64,000 nucleotides of DNA from assembly GCA_043228905.1 (NCBI GenBank), contig JBHGNT010000018.1:12710001-12774000 (forward strand), in the 5' to 3' direction. Below, piece after piece: positions 1 through 12,117 of the stretch. Origin of the DNA: Azolla caroliniana. Its lineage: Eukaryota; Plantae; Polypodiophyta. Under the pieces are notes generated by a model. It did no database searches, had not been told where the DNA came from, and worked only from the letters and a program-made list of their open reading frames with translations. The first letter of the stretch is position 1. The number at the start of each line of letters is the position of its first letter. Made by a program: the position numbers and the translations under genes.

Positions 1-59
1 TCTCCCCGGCGCAATCGACAGTTTCTTTGTCTTTGCCCGTTCCGGTGTCTTTGCCCGTT

Positions 60-3000
60 CTCCCCCTCAACTGTTGCACATCGAGATGCTGAACACCAAA
101 CATTTCGGTGAAGATGCCGGCAACTTGTTGATCCGTATGAACATACCGAAGTTCAACTTCACCGCTTAGGACACGCTCTCGCACGAAGTGGTAGTGCACT
201 TCTATGTGCTTTGTGTGAGCATGGAATACAAGATCTTGGCGTGCTGCATGCTGCTTATGTTGTCACAGTAGATCAGGATTGGGGTCGGCACCTCGATCCG
301 CAGGTCTTGCAGCAGTCGCCGAAGCCAAATGGCTTTACAGGTGGCAATAGTAGCGCCCCGATATTCAGCCTCAGTGCTCGAAAGGGCCATTGTTGGTTGC
401 TTTTTGCTGCTCCACGCAACAGCCGCGCTAACAAGGGAAAACATATATCTGGAGGTGGATCGGCAATCCGATGCATCGCCGGCCCAGTCGGGATTGGTGT
501 AGCCAACTAGCTCTTCGGTTATACCGCGCCGGTATAACAGTCCCCGGTCCTTCGTGCCACTCACATATCGCAAAATTCGATGTGCGCACAGAAGGTGCTC
601 CACGGTCAGCTTCTGCATGAACTCGCTAATCAATCCAACTAGGTAACTGAGGTCAGGTCGAGTGATCGTCAAGTATATCAGGCTTCCGACAATTTATCGG
701 AACTGTTTCGCATCGCAGGCCGGCAAGGAGTCGAGAGAGAGCTTCTGGTTCCGGTCCAGGGGTGTGGAGATCGGTCGGCATTTCGTCATGCCGAACTTGT
801 ACAACATATTCAACACATAGTGTCTTTGTGAGAGGAATATGCCATCGGGGGTTCGGATCACCTCGATCCCAAGGAAATAGTGAAGGTCCCCTAGGTGCCT
901 CATCTCAAATGCATTCGACAACTGGGACTTGACTCTGCCGATTTCATTGAGTCTAGGGCCAGTGATGACTAGATCATCAACATAAACCAAGATGCAAACC
1001 GGACCGTCCCGACCTTGCTGGATGAACAACGAAGAGTCGGACTTGGAGGCCACAAACCCCATCTTACACAACCGGTTCATGATCTTCACATTCCAAGCTC
1101 AAGGTACTTCTTCAACCGGCATACCACCGACTTGTTCATCTCCGTCTGGAAACCGGGAGGTTGGGTCATAAAGACCTCTTCTTCAAGATCGCCTTGAAGA
1201 AATGCATTCCTTACGTCCATCTGGTAAAGATGCCACCCTCTTGCCACAACAACTGCCAGTACCACACGAACGGTCGTCATCTTCGCTACCGTATGGAAGG
1301 TCTCGTCGTAGTCGATATTGTGGGTCTGCGCGTATCCCTTCACCACTAATCGGGTCTTGTACCGGTTAACCGAACCGTCGACATTGTACTTTACCTTGTA
1401 CACCCATTTACATCCGATCGGTTTATAGTGTCAGGGAGGGTCAACTAGGTCCCATGTGTCATTGGCATCAAGTGCCCGCATTTCTTCCTCCACAGCGGCA
1501 CGCCAACTTGCGTCCTTTGCCGCTTCTACCTAGCTCTCCGGCTCACGCACTTACGCCACCTTGGTCATGTACGCATAATGATGCACCATGTACTCATTGT
1601 ACCCATACCGCGTCTTGGTGTTCTTCTGGCGGGAAGACCGGCGTAATCTACCGTTACCCGGTTTGAGGCCCTTCTTGACCGGTCTGGACTTCGTTCCCAA
1701 AGATCCGCCTTCTTCCATACCTGAGTCGGATTTGCTCCGATCCGAGTCAACTTTGCCAGTTTCGTATTCCGGCATCTTCTTCTTCCCTTCTCTATGCGTG
1801 TGAACCGTCTTCTCGGTTCCTTGTGCGGGGAGAGCATGACAGAGTCTCCATTACTCACCGGTTCCTCATCCGAGTGGTCATCCCGACTCAGCCTCACATT
1901 CAGTCCACTCAACCGAAACAATTCCGGACTCTCATCTAGAGTGTTGAGGTCTTCATCTTCTATCTAGGCCGGTTCAGGCTCACTAGCCTCATCCTCCGGT
2001 ATTGGGTCAGGATCAGAAGTCGGAACCAGTAAGGCATACCATGATGTCATCTTATCAAACTCAACATCCCGGCTAACTCGGACCTGCTTCGTCTGGGGGT
2101 TATAGAGCACTTATACCCTTTTTGCTCATGCGAGTAACCGACCAGGATGCATTTCTCTGACTTTGCATCCAACTTCCTCCGCTTCTCATCCGACACATGC
2201 ACATATGCAATGCAACCGAATATCCGAAGGTGTCTCAAATTCGGCTTGCGTCCGAAATACACCTCATGCGCGAACACCTTGTCACCTATCCGGTTTTGGA
2301 TATAGATGGCCGTCCGGACCGCCTCCTCCCAATAGAAATGGGGCATGCTCTTTTCCTCCAGCATTGCCCTTCCCGCATCGACAATCGACCGGTTCTTCCT
2401 CTCGGCCACACCGTTTTTCTCCGGTGTGTATCTGCATCTGAACTCTCTCCGAATTCCTTTTTGCTGCAGGTAACTATTGAATTGGCCCCAAAAATATTCT
2501 TTTCTGCCATCTGACCGCAGGCACTTGATCTTCCTCTCTGTCTCTCATTCAACCAGGCTTTGTAGGTTCCAAAAACACTTGAAGACTTCTCTCTTCTGCT
2601 CAATGAGGTAGATCCATGTGTGCCAAATGTAGTCGTCGATGAAGGAGACGAAATATCGACTCCCGCCAAGACTCACGTTCTGTGCCGGTTCCCATACATC
2701 CGAATGAATAAGGTTGAGCTTGTTATGGCTACGGTTTCGTTCGGTGGGGAATGGAAGCCAATGTTGCTTCCCGAGTTGGCAGGCTTCACATACTTGGGCC
2801 TTCTGGCCACTAAACTTCGGCAAACCGAAAACAACGTGTTTCGTTTGCAAGTCTTGAAGCCTCCGGTAATTGATGTGGCCAATCCGCTTGTGCTAGAGAT
2901 CGAAATCCGATTCAATCTTCATTCCTTTGGCGAACAAAGTGGTGCCGACGTCATTGGTGTCGAGGATGAACATCCTCCCGTCTCTACGCCCTTGCGCAAT

Positions 3001-4310
3001 AATCTGGCCCTCTTCCTCGATGAAGCACCCAAGGTGCGTAAACCGCACCTGCATCCCCTGGTCAACAATTTGACTGACTGACACCAGGTTCTTCGTGATA
3101 GTCGGAACTTGTAATACGTTCATCAGCTTCCCCCTCTGTCTGACGTGGCTCAAAGGGACTTCTCCGACATGCACGATTGGGTGGGGAGTGTCATCTCTGG
3201 TTTCGACAACTCCCGGGTGTTACGGTTTCTCCAAGAAAGAAAACCACTCTTTGTGGCTCGTCATGTGATTCGACGTACCGGAATCAACGTACCACATTTC
3301 CTCCGATTTGGAAGTGGTATTCTTCATCGAGTTAGCCTCGTGTTTCATCACCAAGGCTGGCCCTTTATAGGCTTTCCCGGTTTTGGATCCTCCCAATGCT
3401 TCTACATAGTGCGAGTATTGCGGGTTCGCTCTACCGGCCTTACCGGATCCAGATATGTTCGAATCAACGCGCTTCTTCCAGCACTCGCTTTCTCTGTGGC
3501 CCTTTTTACCACAATACCAGCGTTCCCTGTCGGCCTTTTCTTGCCGGCCTCCGGCATTGCCTTGACTCCCCCTACTTGTGGAGGGTTCAGAACTGCTGTC
3601 GACACGTTCTTTGTGCCTTCGGTCCTGCTGTTGCCGGCCGCTACCATTGCGAGTCGACCCGCCTCGTCCACCACGCCCATGGGGCCGATCCGCCTCCATG
3701 TACAACATCCGGTTGTCGGTGGGTGTACTTGTTGACACACCTGCGTGGTTCTCCTCCACAAGGAGCATCGACTGTAAGTCGAAAAATGACGGCGTATTCT
3801 CCCTCGTACAGACCGTCGTTGGGAAAGCTCCGAACTTAGACGCTAACCCGCCAAGACAAACCTGCACGATCTCGTCCTCCTCGACATTCACGTTGACAGA
3901 GGCGAGTGAGTCGTAGATTTCTTTAATCTTGGTGGTGTAGTCAGCCATCGACATATCTCGTTCTCATACATTGCTCAACCCTTGCCTGAGTTGAAGCTTC
4001 CTGGCTGTAGTGCTTGCGGCGAAAATCTTCTTCAGATTTTCCCAAGCATCTTTTGGCATTTTTGCATCCCGAATGTAGGTTAAGAGTTGTTCTCCCACAC
4101 AAGACACGAAGCAGTACAGTACTCTGCTTGCCGACTGTTCCCACACCGGGAAATCTCTGTGTGTCGATTCAGGTGCTATGTCATTTGCTCTGTCGACATA
4201 GCTCTAGTAACTATTCCCGAGAAGGTACTAGTGCATCTTGTAGGACCAAGATGCGTAGTTGTTTCTGTCGAGCTTCTCTGTCGGAAGCAAGCTAGCCATT
4301 CCTCTATCCA
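60..4310 (-). pseudogene. copia gag-pol polyprotein, fragmented by stops and frameshifts
   Basis: ORFs 3964..4146, 3220..3954, 2893..3174, 2545..2850, 2047..2409, 1086..1403, 694..1089 and 202..672 are consecutive pieces of one polyprotein. Boundaries approximate. Confidence 0.88.
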
Positions 4311-4397
4311 TCGGTTTTTTTACCTGTTCTTCTTGGTTGGTTTTCTTTTCAAGCTATGTCGGCTGTAGAGGTTCTCAACCCTCGCGCTCTGATACCA

Positions 4398-4821
4398 TAT
4401 AAGAGAATAGTGTGCGGAAGCAATAGAAAACCGAACACAGAAACACAGGTTTAATGGAGAGCTTAGGATATACACAGTACGCCGGAGAGATAGAGAGTGA
4501 GAGCACACAGAAACTCAATTCAAAATAATACTCTATCTGTAACACTCTGTCCATCGTATGTGTTCAATGAACACTTTTATACAAGTCCACACGGACTGAC
4601 AGAAGTACGATGTACTTCAATGCTCACACGAGCGTCTGACACTAACTACAAGACATTAACTACCTAGTAGTCTAGGCTGCTACTAGGCTTCCGGTTACTG
4701 ATGGATCCGGCTAACCGGCTCCCCAGCTCACCGGCTCACCGATCCCACTCATCCTTCCGGATGCCGATCCGGCTTAGGCTTATTCAACCGATCCGGATCC
4801 GGTTGAGCTTGTCGCTCAACA
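4398..4821 (-). repeat. 5' LTR of copia family A copy 1
   Basis: Adjacent to the tRNA-iMet PBS. Reads TGTTGAGC... on the minus strand and is homologous along its length to 33482-33924. Confidence 0.88.
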
Positions 4822-4857
4822 CATACTAATCCTCTTATCCCTCCTTTCTCTAATGTT

Positions 4858-6000
4858 ATGGCTATTGTTAACGCTCAAGAATATCATTCCGTTTTCTTGG
4901 AGCTGCAATGCTTAAAAGAGAAGTTTCTCGCATTGGAACAAGAAAATCAACGGCTGTTGGGGGATCTTCAACAAATCTCCTTGGAAAAGCAGTAGACACA
5001 AAAACAACATGGGGAACTAGCGTTATGGCTGCAACAACTTGAAGCAACCATTGTAGCGTTGCAACAACAAGGACCAAGTACGCAAGGGATTCATAAAGAT
5101 CCCAAGATCGACCTTCCTATGAAATTCCATGGAACCTGATCACAGTTTAGAGGATTCCTTAATCAGGTAAGATTAGTCATTTAAATGCATTCTTCCAGAT
5201 ATCCCACCGATGCATCACAAGTGGGTCTAGTAGGCACATTGTTAAGTGGCTCAGCTTTGGCATGGTTCGCTCCGTTGTTAGAAAAGGAATCTCCATTACT
5301 AAACAATTTTGAAGAGTTTATAAGTGAGTTTAAAGCCTGTTTTGGAGATACTGATAGCATAAGGACGGCAATCAACAAAATCCGCCGATTACGTCAAGGT
5401 GATCGTCTAGCCTCCGCGTACGCTATAGATTTCCGTTTACTCGCCTTTGATATCCCCTGGGATGACCAAGCATTAATGGAGCAATTTCGTTATGGCCTAA
5501 GTAACGATGTCAAGGATTTACTCTTGACATACCCTGAAGAACCAAAGTCATTGACAGAAGTAACCCGTCGCGAGGTACGATGCGATAATCGCCTCTTCAA
5601 AAGACGTTCAGAACATCAACTCAAAATCCTGAGGACAAGATCGGAGCCCACCTACACTTCAGTTGTAGCAAAGACATTCCCAAGGGATTCATTTAATGCG
5701 TCTCCAACAATTACTCCTACTCCAATGGAAATCGACACCACACGTCGTCGCAGGCCACTATCTGAAGAGGAAAAGCAACGACACCGGGAAAATCTATTAT
5801 GTCTTTATTGCAGTGGACCGGGGCATATTGCAGTGAACTGTCCCCATCGGCCAAGAAGACAGGTAAATCCAATAACCGCTAGTACTAATAGTACTAAACC
5901 TGAGTCTATTTCTCTAGGCGTGTTTGATAATCCTAATAGCCCAAGCCTTTCAAACAAATTTGAAATCCTTAGTCAACTAGAAGAAGAGTTAAACGATTAA
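4858..6000 (+). pseudogene. Chromovirus Gag (retrotransposon capsid plus zinc knuckle), with internal stops in the 5' part
   Basis: ORF 5185..6000 has LLSGSALAWF, LRQG and a CCHC knuckle. Upstream ATG at 4858 gives a coiled-coil-like N-terminus interrupted by stops. Confidence 0.85.
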
Positions 6001-6031
6001 GTGCAACCAAAATAGGAGCTGTTTGGTTGGA
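5988..6031 (+). promoter_or_regulatory. Candidate -1 programmed ribosomal frameshift signal at the gag/pol junction
   Basis: G_TTA_AAC at 5988-5994 just before the gag stop, then the hairpin CAACCAAA..TTTGGTTG (6004-6029). The protease is in the -1 frame. Same arrangement at 33317-33360. Confidence 0.7.
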
Positions 6032-6327
6032 CAACCCTAGATCTTTGCACCCCATTAGTGGTTCCATTTCCCTGAAGCAAGTTAGCAATGTGTTCCTAGC
6101 TCAAGTAATGGTTAGTACTAAAAGTAATCCTCCAGTACATGTCTTAGCACTCTTCCATTCCGGAGCGAACTCTTGCTTAATGGATAGGAATTTTGGCCAA
6201 GGTCATTAGATATCCCTAAGAAAAATTTCTTGTCCAGCATCTGTAGCAGTTATTGATGGCCATACCATTGCTTCCGAAAAAATTGTAGAAGAGTTAGAGC
6301 TGATTCAGGTTGTCCTAGATAACTTGG

Positions 6328-6363
6328 AACACGTTCGCATTCACAAGTGGAAGGATCGTGCAT
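6328..6363 (+). repeat. Left terminal inverted repeat
   Basis: Inverse complement of 28907-28942 at 33 of 36 positions. Confidence 0.92.
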
Positions 6364-6699
6364 AAATGGAAGGATAAGGAATATTTTGGTTGATTTTAGG
6401 GCTTTTTCAATGATTTTACAAAACACATTGATACCAGTATCATACATGTTCAAACATACAGTTATGAAAAAGGTTAAAAATCCACTATTTTCGTGATTTA
6501 GAAGTAAATAAAAAAAGAGGAATTCAAAAAGTTACATTCTCAATTTATATCACAAACTTTACAACCAATGTTATTTTATAAGAAACTCTTTTTTAGAAAT
6601 CATAAGAATTCAAAACACATGCTTTTATATTACTCGATTTGTTACAAGAGGAATGTAGTTACACTTAATCGCCAAAAATACATTCATGATCACTCCTTT

Positions 6700-9479
6700 A
6701 CGGAGAATCACTACTATAACTAATATACAATGACGATTCCTCTTCATCATCCTCGGATGTACCAATTAGTGCATTATCTTCGTCATAAACCAAATGGTTT
6801 GACTCTAGATTATATCTAGTAGATCTCGTTTGCCTTCAACTCGAGCCAGCTAGTAGACCTGGTAATTTTTCTTTTATTATATCTATTGTTGACTTCCTTA
6901 ATCGTCCGGCTTTTGTAAGTGTGAAGTCATACACGATGATATCCACATCAGAAATATCAAGGGTCCAGGTGTTACGAATGTTTCGCTTCCTCTTCCTACC
7001 TCCCCTTGTTGGGCATTCAATCATCTCTAATGTATACTTACTTATAAAAGCTTTTGCACTTCTAGTGTTGTACCAATGAACGTTTATAGACTTGATCGTG
7101 TTTTCTATTTCATGCATTAGCACTTCTAGAATCTTACCAACCCAAAATTGGTGGCCATGTGAGTTCTCATCAGCCGACGTCACAATCAACATCCCTGCCG
7201 CGAGCTCTTGTAAATTGCCTTGTCATCTAGCTTCGGCTGCTTTGGTCATCCTTGGTCCCACATAAATGTCTCTTTGTTGTGGATGGACCAAACTGTCATT
7301 AATTGCATTTGTTGGTTGCTCCGGAGTTCTATTTACACGATCATGTTGCAGCGACCATGTGAATGGCGTTTCCAAATTCCAATTATCACCAAATACACAA
7401 TTGTCTATAATTTCTTTCTTATCACTAAAAAATACATCCCACCATGACGTGTCTTGTTGTGCGGCATATTTCTTGGCGGCCTCAATATGCTTTCTTTTTT
7501 CTTCTAAGGCTTGGAGCCATAACTGTTTTTGTTCCAATACCAAGTCATTATGCAACTGTCCTTTCTTCTCAATTGGCATTTGTTTAGCTCCATGGACAAT
7601 TGTACTCGGCATACAAAGTAATAACTGGCAACCACCTTCAGGTTCCCATGCTGTAGAAGATGAATATTGTTTAGCATACAAAAGCGTAGAACAACTTATT
7701 TCATTTTTCTTTATCATAAAAATGTGATTGAAGCTTATATTGTTTAACTGGGCGAGCACTTTAACATTCCCAACACCCCCATCTGATATATATCTCTTAA
7801 AGTCATATACCTCCTTAAAAATGTAACACTTTTGGGCGTGGTGTATATGCATCACAAATGACATCAAATAGTTTAGGTAATGTGAAAGCATCATACCGAG
7901 ACAACTGTCTGGAGAATGTGCTAAACATCTGATCTATATGATCATGTTTCAACCAAAAGAAAATTGACTTTTACTTTTCTAAACAATCCTTAGTTGACCA
8001 ACATACTTAGATAGCCAAACACAGTTGAATTTTTGTTCTCCCTAGCAGTATTGTCCAATTGAATGTATAGAACAAGGGGGGGGGGGGGGGGGAATGGTTG
8101 GCCCCAAGACATCAAAACTCGGTGAATCATTGTAACTGTTAGGTTAGGGTCATTGTGAACATTGGGGTATGTAATGAAGACGTGAGGTCCAACTGACCTA
8201 TTATAAGCCAAGCATCCCACCAAGTGCATTTGAACAAGGCACTCATCATTGACGTCTTTGGGGAGCCTCCGCATATGCGGCAAACACGTCTTCTTCTGGT
8301 CCATGCCATCTATCATTAAGCACATGTAATGTTCGGGCCTCTTCAAACACTTCTCCCTATGATGCATCGCCTTCTTTCGTTCTAACGATTGTGCCTCACC
8401 ATGCTCCTGTAGTAACTTCTTACTCATATCCTTTTCCATTGATGTCTTTGCACCTTTAGCCGAACTTTTAAGATTTGCACAAATGGAGGAACACCCCATG
8501 CGTACTTTACGTGGAATGATAACATTTGAAAAACCGAGCTCACCATAATCTTGTGAATTGGCTATATGTGACAGACTTATTACGTGAGCCCACCATATCA
8601 GATCGATAGACATCATAAACTTCCCGACGTGTGTAATTATCAGACAGGTGCATCCTACCTATAGTGGGCATTACTTCACAATTTAATTTAAAGTAACTTT
8701 TCATCCAACCAATAGCATGTCTTCCAATTGCACCTTTCATACTTGGAACCTCTTTACAATTGAGCATCTGATCCCTGCTAAGTAGACGTTGTTGTACTCT
8801 ATGTAGCCGCATGTTACTAACACATAACACAATTTTGAATGCAACTCTACATATCTGTTGCGCATGGAAGATATAATACTTTCATCCTTGTAAATTTGTC
8901 AGACACTAGTTGCATATGTGACCCGAGGTCAGTGTCTTGCTCATCACCAGTCATCGAAAAATAGTATCGCCTTAATTCTCGCAACTTTGATTTTCCAATC
9001 ATAGACATACAACCATGAGCACAACGTATTTTTTTGACATAAAATCCAATCTGTTTATCTGATGTCACCAAGTTAAATCTAGCTAGACAAATTCTTCGTG
9101 GGATTCTTCTAATATGCATAGGGCTTCCAAATTTCTCTTCCTACATGGAAGTTGGTGTAACCTTGTTACTATCCAATTCTTTGTTGTTACCATCGCCCAT
9201 GATATTTGATGTTTCATTGGCACTACCTTCATTCTCCGTATCTTTATTAATATCGTATTCTTCAATAGAGAACTCTTCACATGTGTCATTATTCACATTC
9301 GTTGTAGGTGAAGATGAGCTCAGACAATATTCTTCGATAGAATATGGTGAGTCTGTCGACAGACAATATTCTTCAATAGAAAATGGCGAGTCTGTCGACA
9401 AACAATACTCTTCGGTAGAAAACGAAGAGTCTGATGACAAACAATATTCTTCAATCGAGAACGGTGAGTCTTCACTCAT
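6700..9479 (-). pseudogene. DDD-type transposase (Sola-like), frameshifted
   Basis: Pieces 9141..9479, 8847..9119, 8540..8830, 7990..8616, 7223..7894 and 6836..7192. Motifs: Cys/His-rich region (GCSSIC), MIDGMDQ, LYIQLDNTARENKN, and FLLV..HDHIDQMFS (read at about 7920-7980). C-terminal FWVGKI..VHWY domain. 3' boundary approximate. Confidence 0.78.
9320..9475 (-). repeat. 33-bp coding tandem repeat (DSPFSIEEYCL-like 11-aa unit, 4 copies) at the transposase N-terminus
   Basis: ORF 9141..9479 repeats SIEEYCLSxDS four times, plus a degenerate fifth SIEEY. Confidence 0.85.
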
Positions 9480-10179
9480 GGCTTAAGGTCCACACAGAGC
9501 TCTTTAAGTTATGTGGTTAGGCTAACATAAAAAACTGATAAGCTCCTCTCTAAAGATATACTCCTCTCTAAACATAAAATCCTCTCTAAACATAAACTCC
9601 TCTCTAAACAAAAGCTCCCTCAATATAATGTCTATATTATTTAATATTATATTAATACAATACATAAAGATATTATTTTTAATATAATAATTGTATTCAA
9701 CATATTAATAATTACTTAAACTAGTCTGTACAAAGTTAAATCAAGTATAATATAATTACAATCATTACCAAGCCATATATATGTTGGTTTAAAGTTAAAA
9801 TCATTGGTTAATTAATGACACCCATATTTAATATAGAACTTCTCAGTCATTGGTTCATACATGCCCAACATTTTAAATATAAGACTTTTCAATCATTCAT
9901 TCATTCATGGCCACATCTTTAATACAAAGCAATTAAGAGTCATAAAAATGTTACTTTGAGTAATCAATCATTGGTTCATTCATGAACCTCTATCATTGTT
10001 TCCGTCATGACATTCAAAGTCATTGTATGTTAGTTTGACTATAAATAATCATCAATATGTTAGTTTGACTATTTAATCATTGATGCATTCATAAGTAACT
10101 CTGGTTACTAACTAACTAACCTCAAGCTTGCCAACCCTGGTTAAAGTGACTATGGTTACATTAACCACTGTGGTCAATC

Positions 10180-10188
10180 TATATAAAT
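10180..10188 (+). promoter_or_regulatory. TATA box of the transposon second gene
   Basis: TATATAAAT about 140 bp upstream of ATG 10324, followed by a CA-rich leader. Confidence 0.5.
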
Positions 10189-10406
10189 AGGAAGACCTCC
10201 TCATATTTCAATCACACGAATCACACACGCAGAACAAAGCACAAGAGCACATAAAGCAAACAAAGCACACAGAGCATGAAGCACCAAAGTGAGATCACCG
10301 CCTAAACATCTACAAGATCAACCATGTCTTCCAAGAAAATCGAGCGCCAGAACTCCAGGTAAGCCTCTGACACTGTGCACATTTTTGTAAATATGTTTTA
10401 GCACTT

Positions 10407-11183
10407 AGGAACTCGATACGCCGTATCAAGTTCCTGTATAAAACACAAACTTTATACATGAACTCGATACGGCGTATCGAGTTTCTGTTTAAAGTTTGTA
10501 TTTTATATAGGAACTCGATACGCCGTATCGAGTTCCTATATATAGTTCGCGTTTTAAACAGTAACCCGATACGGCGTATTGAGTTCTTGTTTAAAGTTTT
10601 TGTTTTAAACAGGAACTCGATACAGTGTATCGAGTTCCTATATTATGTTCGTATTTTATACAGGAACTCGATACGGCGTATCGAGTTCCTGTATAATGTT
10701 TGTGTTCTAAATAGGAACTCGATACGCCGTATCGAGTTCTTGTATATAGTTTGCATTTTAAACAGGAACTCGTTATGGCGTATCGAGTTCCTGTATTATG
10801 TGCGTGTTTTATACAAGAACTCGATACGCCGTAACAAGTTCTTGTATATAGTGCTTGTTTCATACAGGAACTTGATGCGCTGTATCGAGTTCCTGTATAA
10901 AGTTCTTGTTTCATACATGAACTCGAGATGCCGTATCCAGTTCTTGTATGAAGTTCTTGTTTCATACAGGAACTCGACCTGTGTAAAGCATGTGTTTTAT
11001 ACAGGAACTCGATACGCCGTAACGAGTTCCTGTTTAAAGTTTATGTTTTGCACAGGAACTCGATACGGTGTATCGAGTTCCTATGTAAAGTATTTGTTTT
11101 ATAGATGAACTCGATACCCTGTATCAAGTTCTTGTATAAACAGAAACTATATACAGGAACTCGATACGGCGTATCAAGTTCCT
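10407..11183. repeat. Tandem array of 16 palindromes (consensus AGGAACTCGATACG-S-CGTATCGAGTTCCT), 51-bp period
   Basis: Unit starts at 10407, 10458, 10509, 10560, 10611, 10662, 10713, 10764, 10815, 10866, 10917, 10968 (internally deleted), 11003, 11054, 11105 and 11155. AT-rich linkers of 21-22 bp. Confidence 0.95.
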
Positions 11184-12117
11184 TTATAAAACACAAAATT
11201 TAAAGAAGAATATTGTGTCTTTGGGGCAACAATTTAGTATATGTGTGAAAAGATATCAAACTTTTTGTCAAATTCAGACTTTTTGAGTGACATTTGCCAA
11301 ATTTTGTAACAAACAGGGGCCTTAATTATAGAGGTTTTATGACCTATTATAGCTTAAAATAGTAGAAAATAACCCACGAATTACCTTTATGATACCAAAT
11401 TCAAGTCTATCATATGCAAATTCTCTACAATATGGATATGGAATCAATATAAGCCATACCTACCCTTCAAGATGATATATATCCTTGTATACTTATTAAG
11501 ATATATAATTTTCTAAGTTGAATAGCCCTTACTAGAATGGATTTCTGAATAAAGGACTATCGTGTTCACTCAATACATGATTGATATTTATAGTTTACCA
11601 CAAATCGCCTGCTATTTTTTGTCTTCGTCTAATTATGTATTTTTTAATATACAACCTTAATCTAGGTGACCACCCAACTTATGTTTTCGCATGTCCTTTC
11701 TTAAATAGGTCGTTTGAGAACTTGTCAGACCGACCTGTGAACAAGATAAAGCTCCAGATACAAGGCTCTCCAATTGAAACCCAGACCCTAATAGCTCCTG
11801 AGAACATGAAGAGAGGAAAAAAGCTTCTCTTCAACGAGGAGACAAAATCTCAACCACCCAATGAGGTCAGCCAAAAGAAAATATTAGTAGCTACTTGTGG
11901 TGAAGACCTTCCTGACGGTGATCTAACGGACAAGGAATGGTGTATGCAATACGTTGAATCCAAGAAAAAAGTCATGTTGTATACATCAAAGAAGAAGGGC
12001 TATGGGTAGCTTGAAAATGAAACCACATTTATGTATGGCCATATTCTAAGATTTGACTACGAAGATTCAGATTCGGCCAACATACTTGTAATGATAGAGT
12101 GCTCTAAGGGGGTACGT

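Larger units (their letters stand above)
1..4821 (-). mobile_element. Ty1/copia LTR retrotransposon (family A, copy 1), degenerate; 3' end runs off the left edge of the window
   Basis: Minus-strand ORF pieces in copia order: gag with zinc knuckle (WYCGKKGHRESEC), protease (WYVDSGTSNHMT), integrase (IHSDVW...FIDDY, AERKNR), RT (YKTRLVVKGY, LVYVDD), RNase H (YCDNISS). PBS revcomp of TGGTATCAGAGC at 4386-4397; 5' LTR 4398-4821. Confidence 0.93.

Noticed and set aside
6330-6340. CACTA/CMC superfamily assignment based on CACG near the terminus
   Set aside because: The TIR extends 2 bp further (AACACG..), the TSD is 4 bp rather than 2-3 bp, and the transposase motifs are not TnpD-like.
10458-11108. 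216-aa and 124-aa repetitive ORFs
   Set aside because: By-products of a 51-bp (17-codon) tandem repeat lying inside a predicted GT-AG intron.
10407-11183. CRISPR-like repeat-spacer appearance of the palindrome array
   Set aside because: The linkers are homologous to each other (GTATAAA-N8-TTTATAC), not unique spacers. No cas genes, and the context is a eukaryotic intron.
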